DNA from: Eledone cirrhosa
Lineage: Eukaryota
Assembly (NCBI GenBank): GCA_964016885.1
Contig: CAXHJY010001273.1
Coordinates: 62,001 to 126,000 of the forward strand
Length of the DNA: 64,000 bases
Reading direction: 5' to 3'
Part shown: piece after piece, positions 26,001-39,600 of the stretch
Numbering within the stretch: position 1 is the stretch's first letter
Layout of the letters: every line of letters starts with the position of its first letter
Position numbers and translations under genes: made by a program
The notes under the pieces: generated by a model
Databases searched by the model: none
Seen by the model: only the letters and a program-made list of their open reading frames with translations
Told to the model about the DNA's origin: nothing

Positions 26001-29000
26001 AGTGGTGACAGTGGTGGTGTTGGTGGCAGTTGTGGCAGTGGTGACAGTGGTGGTGTTGGTGTTAGTGGTGACAGTGGTGGTGTTGGTGTTAGTGGTGACA
26101 GTGGTGGTGTTGGTGGCAGTGGTGGCAGTGGTGGTGTTGGTGGCAGTGGTGACAGTGGTGGTGTTGGTGGCAGTGGTGACAGTGGTGGTGTTGGTGGCAG
26201 TGGTGACTGTGGTGGTGTTGGTGTTAGTGGTGGCAGTGGTGGTGTTGGTGTTAGTGGTGACAGTGGTGGTGTTGGTGTTAGTGGTGACAGTGGTGGTGTT
26301 GGTGTTAGTGGTGACAGTGGTGGTGTTGGTGTTAGTGGTGACAGTGGTGGTGTTGGTGGCAGTGGTGACAGTGGTGACAGTGGTGGTGTTGGTGTTAGTG
26401 GTGGCAGTGGTGGTGTTGGTGTTAGTGGTGACAGTGGTGGTGTTGGTGTTAGTGGTGGCAGTGGTGGTGTTGGTGGCAGTGGTGACAGTGGTGGTGTTGG
26501 TGTTAGTGGTGACAATGGTCGTGTTGGTGTTAGTGGTGACAGTGGTGGTGTTGGTGTTAGTGGTGACAGTGGTGGTGTTGGTGGCAGTGGTGGCAGTGGT
26601 GGTGTTGGTGGCAGTGGTGACAGTGGTGGTGTTGGTGGCAGTGGTGACAGTGGTGGTGTTAGTGGCAGTGGTGGCAGTGGTGGTGTTGGTGTTAGTGGTG
26701 ACAGTGGTGGTGTTGGTGTTAGTGGTGACAGTGGTGGTGTTGGTGTTAGTGGTGACAGTAGTGGTGTTGGTGTTAGTGGTGACAGTGGTGGTGTTGGTGG
26801 CAGTGGTGGCAGTGGTGGTGTTGGTGGCAGTGGTGACAGTGGTGGTGTTGGTGGCAGTGGTGACAGTGGTGGTGTTGGTGGCAGTGGTGGCAGTGGTGGT
26901 GTTGGTGTTAGTGGTGACAGTGGTGGTGTTGGTGTTAGTGGTGACAGTGGTGGTGTTGGTGTTAGTGGTGACAGTGGTGGTGTTGGTGGCAGTGGTGACA
27001 GTGGTGGAGTTGGTGTTAGTGGTGACAGTGGTGGTGTTGGTGTTAGTGGTGACAGTGGTGGTGTTGGTGGCAGTGGTGACAGTGGTGGTGTTGGTGGCAG
27101 TGGTGACAGTGGTGGTGTTGGTGGCAGTGGCGACAGTGGTGGTGTTGGTGGCAGTGGTGACAGTGGTGGTGTTGGTGTCAGTGGTGACAGTGGTGGTGTT
27201 GGTGTTAGTGGTGACAGTGGTGGTGTTGGTGGCAGTGGTGACAGTGGTGGTGTTGGTGTTAGTGGTGACAGTGGTGGTGTTGGTGTTAGTGGTGACAGTG
27301 GTGGTGTTGGTGGCAGTGGTGACAGTGGTGGTGTTGGTGTTAGTGGTGACAGTGGTGGTGTTGGTGTTAGTGGTGGCAGTGGTGGTGTTGGTGGCAGTGG
27401 TGGTGTTGGTGGCAGTGGTGGCAGTGGTGGTGTTGGTGTTAGTGGTGGCAGTGGTGGTGTTGGTGGCAGTGGTGACAGTGGTGGTGTTGGTGTTAGTGGT
27501 GACAGTGGTGGTGTTGGTGTTAGTGGTGACAGTGGTGGTGTTGGTGGCAGTGGTGACAGTGGTGGTGTTGGTGTTAGTGGTGACAGTGGTGGTGTTGGTG
27601 GCAGTGGTGACAGTGGTGGTGTTGGTGTTAGTGGTGACAGTGGTGGTGTTGGTGTTAGTGGTGGCAGTGGTGGTGTTGGTGGCAGTGGTGACAGTGGTGG
27701 TGTTGGTGGCAGTGGTGACAGTGGTGGTGTTGGGGGCAGTGGTGACAGTGGTGGTGTTGGTGGCAGTGGTGACAGTGGTGGTGTTGGTGGCAGTGGTGAC
27801 AGTGGTGGTGTTGGTGTCAGTGTTGACAGTGGTGGTGTTGGTGTTAGTGGTGACAGTGGTGGTGTTGGTGGCAGTGGTGACAGTGCTGGTGTTGGTGTTA
27901 GTGGTGACAGTGGTGGTGTTGGTGTTAGTGGTGACAGTGGTGGTGTTGTTGGCAGTGGTGACAGTGGTGGTGTTGGTGTTAGTGGTGACAGTGGTGGTGT
28001 TGGTGTTAGTGGTGGCAGTGGTGGTGTTGGTGGCAGTGGTGACAGTGGTGGTGTTGGTGGCAGTGGTGGCAGTGGTGGTGTTGGTGTTAGTGGTGGCAGT
28101 GGTGGTGCTGGTGGCAGTGGTGACAGTGGTGGTGTTGGTGTTAGTGGTGACAGTGGTGGTGTTGGTGTTAGTGGTGACAGTGGTTGTGTTGGTGGCAGTG
28201 GTGACAGTGGTGGTGTTGGTGTTAGTGGTGACAGTGGTGGTGTTGGTGGCAGTGGTGACAGTGGTGGTGTTGGTGTTAGTGATGGCAGTGGTGGTGTTGG
28301 TGGCAGTGGTGACAGTGGTGGTGTTGGTGGCAGTGGTGACAGTGGTGGTGTTAGTGGCAGTGGTGGCAGTGGTGGTGTTGGTGTTAGTGGTGGCAGTGGT
28401 GGTGTTGGTGGCAGTGGTGGCAGTGGTGGTGTTGGTGTTAGTGGTGACAGTGGTGGTGTTGGTGGCAGTGGTGACAGTGGTGGTGTTGGTGTTAGTGGTG
28501 ACAGTGGTGGTGTTGGTGTTAGTGGTGGCAGTGGTGGTGTTGGTGTTAGTGGTGACAGTGGTGGTGTTGGTGGCAGTGGTGACAGTGGTGGTGTTGGTGT
28601 TAGTGGTGACAGTGGTGGTGTTGGTGGCAGTGGTGACAGTGGTGGTGTTGGTGTTAGTGGTGACAGTGGTGGTGTTGGTGGCAGTGGTGACAGTGGTGGT
28701 GTTGGTGGCAGTGGTGACAGTGGTGGTGTTGGTGTTAGTGGTGACAGTGGTGGTGTTGGTGTTAGTGGTGACAGTGGTGGTGTTGGTGTTAGTGGTGACA
28801 GTGGTGGTGTTGGTGTTAGTGGTGGCAGTGGTGGTGTTGGTGTTAGTGGTGACAGTGGTGGTGTTGGTGGCAGTGGTGACAGTGGTGGTGTTGGTGGCAG
28901 TGGTGACAGTGGTGGTGTTGGTGTTAGTGGTGACAGTGGTGGTGTTGGTGGCAGTTGTGGCAGTGGTGACAGTGGTGGTGTTGGTGTTAGTGGTGACAGT

Positions 29001-32000
29001 GGTGGTGTTGGTGTTAGTGGTGACAGTGGTGGTGTTGGTGGCAGTGGTGGCAGTGGTGGTGTTGGTGGCAGTGGTGACAGTGGTGGTGTTGGTGTTAGTG
29101 GTGACAGTGGTGGTGTTGGTGTTAGTGGTGACAGTGGTGGTGTTGGTGTTAGTGGTGACAGTGGTGGTGTTGGTGTTAGTGGTGGCAGTGGTGGTGTTGG
29201 TGGCAGTGGTGGCAGTGGTGGTGTTGGTGGCAGTGGTGGCAGTGGTGGTGTTAGTGGCAGTGGTGACAGTGGTGGTGTTGGTTGCAGTGGTGGCAGTGGT
29301 GGTGTTGGTGGCAGTGGTGACAGTGGTGGTGTTGGTGTTAGTGGTGACAGTGCTGGTGTTGGTGTTAGTGGTGGCAGTGATGGTGTTGGTGTTAGTGGTG
29401 ACAGTGGTGGTGTTGGTGGCAGTGGTGACAGTGGTGGTGTTGGTGGCAGTGGTGACAGTGGTGGTGTTGGTGTTAGTGGTGACAGTGGTGGTGTTGGTGT
29501 TAGTGGTGACAGTGGTGGTGTTGGTGTTAGTGGTGACAGTGGTGGTGTTGGTGTTAGTGGTGACAGTGGTGGTGTTGGTGTTAGTGGTGACAGTGGTGGT
29601 GTTGGTGGCAGTGGTGGCAGTGGTGGTGTTGGTGGCAGTGGTGACAGTGGTGGTGTTGGTGGCAGTGGTGACAGTGGTGGTGTTAGTGGCAGTGGTGGCA
29701 GTGGTGGCAGTGGTGGTGTTGGTGTTAGTGGTGACAGTGGTGGTGTTTTTGTTAGTGGTGACAGTGGTGGTGTTGGTGGCAGTGCAGGCAGTGGTGGTGT
29801 TGGTGGCAGTGGTGGCAGTGGTGGTGTTAGTGGCAGTGGTGACAGTGGTGGTGTTGGTGTTAGTGGTGACAGTGGTGGTGTTGGTGGCAGTTGTGGCAGT
29901 GGTGACAGTGGTGGTGTTGGTGTTAGTGGTGACAGTGGTGGTGTTGGTGTTAGTGCTGACAGTGGTGGTGTTGGTGGCAGTCGTGGCAGTGGTGGTGTTG
30001 GTGGCAGTGGTGACAGTGGTGGTGTTGGTGGCAGTGGTGACAGTGGTGGTGTTGGTGTTAGTGGTGACAGTGGTGGTGTTGGTGTTAGTGGTGGCAGTGG
30101 TGGTGTTGGTGTTAGTGGTGACAGTGGTGGTGTTGGTGTTAGTGGTGACAGTGGTGGTGTTGGTGTTAGTGGTGACAGTGGTGGTGTTGGTGTTAGTGGT
30201 GACAGTGGTGGTGTTGGTGGCAGTGGTGACAGTGGTGACAGTGGTGGTGTTGGTGTTAGTGGTGGCAGTGGTGGTGTTGGTGTTAGTGGTGACAGTGGTG
30301 GTGTTGGTGTTAGTGGTGGCAGTGGTGGTGTTGGTGTTAGTGGTGACAGTGGTGGTGTTGGTGTTAGTGGTGACAATGGTCGTGTTGGTGTTAGTGGTGA
30401 CAGTGGTGGTGTTGGTGTTAGTGGTGACAGTGGTGGTGTTGGTGGCAGTGGTGGCAGTGGTGGTGTTGGTGGCAGTGGTGACAGTGGTGGTGTTGGTGAT
30501 AGTGGTGACAGTGGTGGTGTTAGTGGCAGTGGTGGCAGTGGTGGTGTTGGTGTTAGTGGTGACAGTGGTGGTGTTGGTGTTAGTGGTGGCAGTGGTGGTG
30601 TTGGTGTTAGTGGTGACAGTGGTGGTGTTGGTGTTAGTGGTGACAGTAGTGGTGTTGGTGTTAGTGGTGACAGTGGTGGTGTTGGTGGCAGTGGTGGCAG
30701 TGGTGGTGTTGGTGGCAGTGGTGACAGTGGTGGTGTTGGTGGCAGTGGTGACAGTGGTGGTGTTGGTGGCAGTGGTGGCAGTGGTGGTGTTGGTGTTAGT
30801 GGTGACAGTGGTGGTGTTGGTGTTAGTGGTGACAGTGGTGGTGTTGGTGGCAGTGGTGGCAGTGGTGGTGTTGGTGGCAGTGGTGACAGTGGTGGTGTTG
30901 GTGTTAGTGGTGACAGTGGTGGTGTTGGTGTTAGTGGTGACAGTGGTGGTGTTGGTGGCAGTGGTGACAGTGGTGGTGTTGGTGGCAGTGGTGACAGTGG
31001 TGGTGTTGGTGTTAGTGGTGACAGTGGTGGTGTTGGTGGCAGTGGTGACAGTGGTGGTGTTGGTGTTAGTGGTGACAGTGGTGGTGTTGGTGTTAGTGGT
31101 GACAGTGGTGGTGTTGGTGGCAGTGGTGACAGTGGTGGTGTTGGTGTTAGTGGTGACAGTGGTGGTGTTGGTGTTAGTGGTGGCAGTGGTGGTGTTGGTG
31201 GCAGTGGTGGTGTTGGTGGCAGTGGTGGCAGTGGTGGTGTTGGTGTTAGTGGTGGCAGTGGTGGTGTTGGTGGCAGTGGTGACAGTGGTGGTGTTGGTGT
31301 TAGTGGTGACAGTGGTGGTGTTGGTGTTAGTGGTGACAGTGGTGGTGTTGGTGGCAGTGGTGACAGTGGTGGTGTTGGTGTTAGTGGTGACAGTGGTGGT
31401 GTTGGTGGCAGTGGTGACAGTGGTGGTGTTGGTGTTAGTGGTGACAGTGGTGGTGTTGGTGTTAGTGGTGGCAGTGGTGGTGTTGGTGGCAGTGGTGACA
31501 GTGGTGGTGTTGGTGGCAGTGGTGACAGTGGTGGTGTTAGTGGCAGTGGTGGCAGTGGTGGTGTTGGTGTTAGTGGTGGCAGTGGTGGTGTTGGTGGCAG
31601 TGGTGGCAGTGGTGGTGTTGGTGTTAGTGGTGACAGTGGTGGTGTTGGTATTAGTGGTGGCAGTGGTGGTGTTGGTGGCAGTGTTGACAGTGGTGGTGTT
31701 GGTGGCAGTGGTGGCGGTGTTGGTGTTAGTGGTGACAGTGGTGGTGTTGGTGGCATTGGTGACAGTGGTGGTGTTGGTGTTAGTGGTGACAGTGGTGGTG
31801 TTGGTGGCAGTGGTGGCAGTGGTGGTGTTGGTGGCAGTCGTGACAGTGGTGGTGTTGGTGTTAGTGGTGACAGTGGTGGTGTTGGTGTTAGTGGTGACAG
31901 TGGTGGTGTTGGTGGCAGTGGTGACAGTGGTGGTGTTGGTGTTAGTGGTGACAGTGGTGGTGTTGGTGTTAGTGGTGACAATGGTGGTGTTGGTGGCAGT

Positions 32001-33520
32001 GGTGACAGTGGTGGTGTTGGTGGTGTTGGTGTTAGTGGTGACAGTGGTGGTGTTGTTGGCAGTGGTGACAGTGGTGGTGTTGGTGGCAGTGGTGACAGTG
32101 GTGGTGTTGGTGTTAGTGGTGACAGTGGTGGTGTTGGTGTTAGTGGTGACAGTGGTGGTGTTGGTGGCAGTGGTGACAGTGGTGGTGTTGGTGGCAGTGG
32201 TGACAGTGGTGGTGTTGGTGTTAGTGGTGGCAGTGGTGGTGTTGGTGTTAGTGGTGACAGTGGTGGTGTTGGTGGCAGTGGTGACAGTGGTGGTTTTGGT
32301 GGCAGTGGTGACAGTGGTGGTGTTGGTGTTAGTGGTGACAGTGGTGGTGTTGGTGTTAGTGGTGACAGTGGTGGTGTTGGTGGCAGTGGTGGCAGTGGTG
32401 GTGTTGGTGGCAGTGGTGGCAGTGGTGGTGTTGGTGGCAGTGGTGACAGTGGTGGCAGTGGTGGTGTTGGTGTTAGTGGTGACAGTGGTGGTGTTGGTGT
32501 TAGTGGTGACAGTGGTGGTGTTGGTGTTAGTGGTGACAGTGGTGGTGTTGGTGGCAGTGGTGGCAGTGGTGGTGTTGGTGTTAGTGGTGGCAGTGGTGGT
32601 GTTGGTGTTAGTGGTGACAGTTGTGGTGTTGGTGGCAGTGGTGACAGTGGTGGTGTTGGTGGCAGTGGTGACAGTGGTGGTGTTGGTGTTAGTGTTGACA
32701 GTGGTGGTGTTGGTGGCAGTGGTGTCAGTGGTGGTGTTGGTGTTAGTGGTGACAGTGGTGGTGTTGGTGTTAGTGGTGACAGTGGTGGTGTTGGTGGCAG
32801 TGGTGACAGTGGTGGTGTTGGTGTTAGTGGTGACAGTGGTGGTGTTGGTGGCAGTGGTGACAGTGGTCGTGTTGGTGGCAGTGGTGACAGTGGTGGTGTT
32901 GGTGTTAGTGGTGACAGTGGTGGTGCTGGTGGCAGTGGTGACAGTGGTGGTATTGGTGTTAGTGGTGACAGTGGTGGTGTTGGTGTTAGTGGTGGCAGTG
33001 GTGGTGTTGGTGTTAGTGGTGGCAGTGGTGGTGTTGGTGGCACTGGTGACAGTGGTGGTGTTGGTGGCAGTGGTGGCAGTGGTGGTGTTGGTGGCAGTGG
33101 TCTCAGTGGTGGTGTTGGTGTTAGTGGTGACAGTGGTGGTGTTGGTGTTAGTGGTGACAGTGGGTGTGTTGGTGGCAGTGGTGACAGTGGTGGTGTTGGT
33201 GTTAGTGATGACAGTGGTGGTGTTGGTGTTAGTGGTGACAGTGGTGGTGTTGGTGTTAGTGGTGGCAGTGGGGGTGTTGGTGTTAGTGGTGACAGTGGTG
33301 GTGTTGGTGGCAGTGGTGACAGTGGTGGTGTTGGTGTTAGTGGTGGCAGTGGTGGTGTTGGTGTTAGTGGTGACAGTGGTGGTGTTGGTGGCAGTGGTGA
33401 CAGTGGTGGTGTTGGTGTTAGTGGTGACAGTGGTGGTGTTGGTGGCAGTGGTGACAGTGGTGGTGTTGGTGTTAGTGGTGACAGTGGTGGTGTTGGTGTT
33501 AGTGGTGACAGTGGTGGTGT
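23086..33520 (-). other. Longest frameshift-free block of the array (~10.4 kb, ~3,480 codons open in the Pro frame)
   Basis: ORFs 23066..33646(-) and 23086..33570(+) both stay in one repeat frame across this interval. Confidence 0.7.
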
Positions 33521-33620
33521 TGGGGAGTGGTGACAGTGGTGCAGTTGTGGTGTTGTGTCAGTGGTGGTAGTGGTGACCAGTTGGTGTTGGTGTAGTGGTG
33601 ACAGTGGTGGTGTTGGTGGC

Positions 33621-33650
33621 CCCCCCCTATCCCTATTGTTATACATTATA
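33621..33650. other. 30-bp non-repeat interruption of the array (CCCCCCCTATCCCTATTGTTATACATTATA) with indel-rich flanks
   Basis: Only non-array sequence seen in 61.7 kb; neighbouring units at 33520-33700 are garbled. Confidence 0.85.
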
Positions 33651-36600
33651 GTTAGTGGTGACAGTGGTGGTGTTGTGGCAGTGGTGACAGTGGTGTGGTG
33701 CTAGTGGTGACAGTGGTGGTGTTGGTGTTAGTGGTGACAGTGGTGGTGTTGGTGTTAGTGGTGACAGTGGTGGTGTTGGTGGCAGTGGTGACAGTGGTGG
33801 TGTTGGTGCTAGTGGTGACAGTGGTGGTGTTGGTGTTAGTGGTGACAGTGGTGGTGTTGGTGTTAGTGGTGACAGTGGTGGTGTTGGTGTTAGTGGTGAC
33901 AGTGGTGGTGTTGGTGTTAGTGGTGACAGTGGTGGTGTTGGTGTTAGTGGTGACAGTGGTGGTGTTGGTGTTAGTGGTGACAGTGGTGGTGTTGGTGGCA
34001 GTGGTGACAGTGGTGGTGTTTGTGCTAGTGGTGACAGTGGTGGTGTTGGTGTTAGTGGTGACAGTGGTGGTGTTGGTGTTAGTGGTGACAGTGGTGGTGT
34101 TGGTGTTAGTGGTGACAGTGGTGGTGTTGGTGTTAGTGGTGGCAGTGGTGGTGTTGGTGGCAGTGGTGACAGTTGTGGTGTTGGTGGCAGTGGTGACAGT
34201 GGTGGTGTTGGTGGCAGTGGTGACAGTGGTGGTGTTGGTGGCAGTGGTGACAGTGGTGGTGTTGGTGGCAGTGGTGACAGTGGTGGTGTTGGTGCTAGTG
34301 GTGACAGTGGTGGTGTTGGTGTTAGTGGTGACAGTGGTGGTGTTGGTGTTAGTGGTGACAGTGGTGGTGTTGGTGTTAGTGGTGACAGTGGTGGTGTTGG
34401 TGGCAGTGGTGACAGTGGTGGTGTTGGTGTTAGTGGTGACAGTGGTGGTGTTGGTGGCAGTGGTGACAGTGGTGGTGTTGGTGTTAGTGGTGGTGTTGGT
34501 GGCAGTGGTGACAGTGGTGGTGTTGGTGTTAGTGGTGACAGTGGTGGTGTTGGTGGCAGTGGTGACAGTGGTGGTGTTGATGTTAGTGGTGGTGTTGGTG
34601 GCAGTGGTGACAGTGGTGGTGTTGGTGTTAGTGGTGACAGTGGTGGTGTTGGTGTTAGTGGTGGCAGTGGTGGTGTTGGTGTTAGTGGTGACAGTGCTGG
34701 TGTTGGTGGCAGTGGTGACAGTGGTGGTGTTGGTGTTAGTGATGACAGTGGTGGTGTTGGTGTTAGTGGTGACAGTGGTGGTGTTGGTGTTAGTGGTGAC
34801 AGTGGGGGATGTTGGTGTTAGTGGTGACAGTGGTGGTGTTGGTGGCAGTGGTGACAGTGGTGGTGTTGGTGGCAGTGGTGACAGTGGTGGTGTTGGTGTT
34901 AGTGGTGACAGTGGTGGCGTTGGTGGCAGTGGTGACAGTGGTGGTGTTGGTGTTAGTGGTGACAGTGGTGGTGTTGGTGTTAGTGGTGACAGTGGTGGTG
35001 TTGGTGTTAGTGGTGGTGTTGGTGGCAGTGGTGTCAGTGGTGGTGTTGGTGTTAGTGGTGGTGTTGGTGGCAGTGGTGACAGTGGTGGTGTTGGTGTTAG
35101 TGGTGACAGTGGTGGTGTTGGTGTTAGTGGTGACAGTGGTGGTGTTGGTGGCAGTGGTGACAGTGGTGGTGTTGGTGTTAGTGGTGGTGTTGGTGGCAGT
35201 GGTGACAGTGGTGGTGTTGGTGTTAGTGGTGACAGTGGTGGTGTTGGTGGCAGTGGTGACAGTGGTGGTGTTGGTGTTAGTGGTGGTGTTGGTTGCAGTG
35301 GTGACAGTGGTGGTGTTGGTGTTAGTGGTGACAGTGGTGGTGTTGGTGTTAGTGGTGGCAGTGGTGGTGTTGGTGTTAGTGGTGACAGTGCTGGTGTTGG
35401 TGTTAGTGGTGACAGTGGTGGTGTTGGTGTTAGTGGTGACAGTGGTGGTGTTGGTGGCAGTGGTGACAGTGGTGGTGTTTGTGTTAGTGGTGACAGTGGT
35501 GGTGTTGGTGGCAGTGGTGACAGTGGTTGTGTTGGTGTTAGTGGTGGCAGTGGTGGTGTTGGTGGCAGTGGTGACAGTGGTGGTGTTGGTGTTAGTGGTG
35601 ACAGTGGTGGTGTTGGTGGCAGTGGTGACAGTGGTGGTGTTGGTGTTAGTGGTGACAGTGGTGGTGTTGGTGACAGTGGTGGTGTTGGTGTTAGTGGTGG
35701 CAGTGGTGGTGTTGGTGTTAGTGGTGACAGTGGTGGTGTTGGTGGCAGTGGTGACAGTGGTGGTGTTGGTGTTAGTGGTGACAGTGGTGGTGTTGGTGTT
35801 AGTGGTGACAGTGGTGGTGTTGGTGTTAGTGGTGACAGTGGTGGTGTTGGTGTTAGTGGTGGCAGTGGTGGTGTTGTTGTTAGTGGTGACAGTGCTGGTG
35901 TTGGTGGAAGTGGTGACAGTGGTGGTGTTGGTGTTAGTGGTGGTGTTGGTGGCAGTGGTGACAGTGGTGGTGTTGGTGTTAGTGGTGACAGTGGTGGTGT
36001 TGGTGTTAGTGGTGACAGTGGTGGTGTTGGTGGCAGTGGTGACAGTGGTGGTGTTTGTGTTAGTGGTGACAGTGGTGGTGTTGGTGGCAGTGGTGACAGT
36101 GGTTGTGTTGGTGTTAGTGGTGACAGTGGTCGTGTTGGTGGCAGTGGTGACAGTGGTGGTGTTGGTGTTAGTGGTGACAGTGGTGGTGTTGGTGGCAGTG
36201 GTGACAGTGGTGGTGTTGGTGTTAGTGGTGACAGTGGTGGTGTTGGTGACAGTGGTGGTGTTGGTGTTAGTGGTGGTAGTGGTGGTGTTGGTGTTAGTGG
36301 TGACAGTGGTGGTGTTGGTGGCAGTGGTGACAGTGGTGGTGTTGGTGTTAGTGGTGACAGTGGTGGTGTTGGTGTTAGTGGTGACAGTGGTGGTGTTGGT
36401 GTTAGTGGTGACAGTGGTGGTGTTGGTGTTAGTGGTGGCAGTGGTGGTGTTGTTGTTAGTGGTGACAGTGCTGGTGTTGGTGGAAGTGGTGACAGTGGTG
36501 GTGTTGGTGTTAGTGGTGGTGTTGGTGGCAGTGGTGACAGTGGTGGTGTTGGTGTTAGTGGTGACAGTGGTGGTGTTGGTGTTAGTGGTGACAGTGGTGC

Positions 36601-39600
36601 TGTTGGTGGCAGTGGTGACAGTGGTGGTGTTGGTGTTAGTAGAGACAGTGGTGGTGTTGGTGGCAGTGGTGACAGTGGTGGTGTTGGTGTTAGTGGTGAC
36701 AGTGGTCGTGTTGGTGGCAGTGGTGACAGTGGTTGTGTTGGTGGCAGTGGTGGCAGTGGTGGTGTTGGTGGCAGTGGTGACAGTGGTGGTGTTGGTGTTA
36801 GTGGTGACAGTGGTGGTGTTGGTGTTAGTGGTGGTGTTGGTGTTAGTGGTGACAGTGGTTGTGTTCGTGGCAGTGGTGGCAGTGGTGGTGGTGGTGTTAG
36901 TGGTGACAGTGGTGGTGTTGGTGTTAGTGGTGACAGTAGTGGTGTTGGTGTTAGTGGTGGCAGTGGTGGTGTTGGTGTTAGTGGTGGCAGTGGTGGTGTT
37001 GGTGGCAGTGGTGACAGTGGTGGTGTTGGTGGCAGTGGTGGCAGTGGTGGTGTTTGTGTTAGTGGTGACAGTGGTGGTGTTGGTGTTAGTGGTGACAGTG
37101 GTGGTGTTGGTGGCAGTGGTGACAGTGGTGGTGTTGTGTTAGTGGTGACAGTAGTGCTGTTGGTGGCAGTGGTGGCAGTGGTGGTGTTGGTGTTAGTGGT
37201 GACAGTGGTGGTGTTGGTGACAGTGGTGGTGTTGGTGTTATTGGTGGCAGTGGTGGTGTTGGTGTTAGTGGTGACAGTGGTGGTGTTGGTGGCAGTGGTG
37301 ACAGTGGTGGTGTTGGTGTTAGTGGTGACAGTGGTGGTGTTGGTGTTAGTGGTGACAGTGGTGGTGTTGGTGTTAGTGGTGACAGTGGTGGTGTTGGTGT
37401 TAGTGGTGGCAGTGGTGGTGTTGGTGTTAGTGGTGACAGTGCTGGTGTTGGTGGAGGTTGTGACAGTGGTGGTGTTGGTGTTAGTGGTGGTGTTGGTGGC
37501 AGTGGTGACAGTGGTGGTGTTGGTGTTAGTGGTGACAGTGGTGGTGTTGGTGTTAGTGGTGACAGTGGTGCTGTTGGTGGCAGTGGTGACAGTGGTGGTG
37601 TTGGTGTTAGTAGTGACAGTGGTGGTGTTGGTGGCAGTGGTGACAGTGGTGGTGTTGGTGTTAGTGGTGACAGTGGTCGTGTTGGTGGCAGTGGTGACAG
37701 TGGTTGTGTTGGTGGCAGTGGTGGCAGTGGTGGTGTTGGTGTTAGTGGTGACAGTGGTGGTGTTGGTGGCAGTGGTGACAGTGGTGGTGTTGGTGTTAGT
37801 GGTGACAGTGGTGGTGTTGGTGTTAGTGGTGGTGTTGGTGGCAGTGGTGACAGTGGTTGTGTTCGTGGCAGTGGTGGCAGTGGTGGTGGTGGTGTTAGTG
37901 GTGACAGTGGTGGTGTTGGTGTTAGTGGTGACAGTAGTGGTGTTGGTGTTAGTGGTGGCAGTGGTGGTGTTGGTGTTAGTGGTGGCAGTGGTGGTGTTGG
38001 TGGCAGTGGTGACAGTGGTGGTGTTGGTGGCAGTGGTGGCAGTGGTGGTGTTTGTGTTAGTGGTGACAGTGGTGGTGTTGGTGTTAGTGGTGACAGTGGT
38101 GGTGTTGGTGGCAGTGGTGACAGTGGTGGTGTTGTGTTAGTGGTGACAGTGGTGCTGTTGGTGGCAGTGGTGGCAGTGGTGGTGTTGGTGTTAGTGGTGA
38201 CAGTGGTGGTGGTGGTGTTAGTGGTGACAGTGGTGGTGTTGGTGGCAGTGGTGACAGTGGTGGTATTGGTGTTAGTGGTGGCAGTGGTGGTGTTGGTGTT
38301 AGTGGTGACAGTGGTGGTGTTGGTGTTAGTGGGGACAGTGGTGGTGTTGGTGTTAGTGGTGACAGTGGTGGTGTTGGTGTTAGTGGTGACAGTGGTGGTG
38401 TTGGTGTTAGTGGTGACAGTGGTGGTGTTGGTGGCAGTGGTGACAGTGGTGGTGTTGGTGTTAGTGGTGGCAGTGGTGGTGTTGGTGTTAGTGGTGACAG
38501 TGGTGGTGTTGGTGGCAGTGGTGACAGTGGTGGTGTTGGTGTTAGTGGTGGCAGTGGTGGTGTTGGTGGCAGTGGTGGCAGTGGTGGTGGTGGTGGCAGT
38601 GGTGGCAGTGGTGGTGTTGGTGGCAGTGGTGGCAGTGGTGGTGTTGGTGGCAGTGCTGACAGTGGTGGTGTTGGTGTTAGTGGTGACAGTGGTGGTGTTG
38701 GTGTTAGTGGTGACAGTGGTGCTGTTGGTGGCAGTGGTGGCAGTGGTGGTGGTGGTGGCAGTGGTGGCAGTGGTGGTGTTGGTGGCAGTGGTGGCAGTGG
38801 TGGTGTTGGTGGCAGTGGTGGTGTTGGTGGCAGTGGTGGCAGTGGTGGTGTTGGTGGCAGTGGTGGCAGTGGTGGTGTTGGTGGCAGTGGTGACAGTGGT
38901 GGCAGTGGTGGTGTTGGTGGCAGTGGTGACAGTGGTGGTGTTGGTGTTAGTGGTGACAGTGGTGGTGTTGGTGTTAGTGGTGACAGTGGTGGTGTTGGTG
39001 GCAGTGGTGGCAGTGGTGGTGTTGGTGTCAGTGGTGGCAGTGGTGGTGTTGGTGTTAGTGGTGACAGTTGTGGTGTTGGTGGCAGTGGTGACAGTGGTGG
39101 TGTTGGTGTTAGTGTTGACAGTGGTGGTGTTGGTGGCAGTGGTGTCAGTGGTGGTGTTGGTGTTAGTGGTGACAGTGGTGGTGTTGGTGTTAGTGGTGAC
39201 AGTGGTGGTGTTGGTGGCAGTGGTGACAGTGGTGGTGTTGGTGTTAGTGGTGACAGTGGTGGTGTTGGTGGCAGTGGTGACAGTGGTGGTGTTGGTGGCA
39301 GTGGTGACAGTGGTGGTGTTGGTGTTAGTGGTGACAGTGGTGGTGCTGGTGGCAGTGGTGACAGTGGTGGTGTTGGTGTTAGTGGTGACAGTGGTGGTGT
39401 TGGTGTTAGTGGTGGCAGTGGTGGTGTTGGTGTTAGTGTTGGCAGTGGTGGTGTTGGTGGCAGTGGTGACAGTGGTGGTGTTGGTGGCAGTGGTGGCAGT
39501 GGTGGTGTTGGTGGCAGTGGTGACAGTGGTGGTGTTGGTGTTAGTGGTGACAGTGGTGGTGTTGGTGTTAGTGGTGACAGTGGGGGTGTTTGTGGCGGTG

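Noticed and set aside
33621-33650. Partial resemblance of the insert to loxP (TATAATGTAT) and the I-SceI site (TATCCCTA)
   Set aside because: Only 8-10 nt matches, with no complete site.
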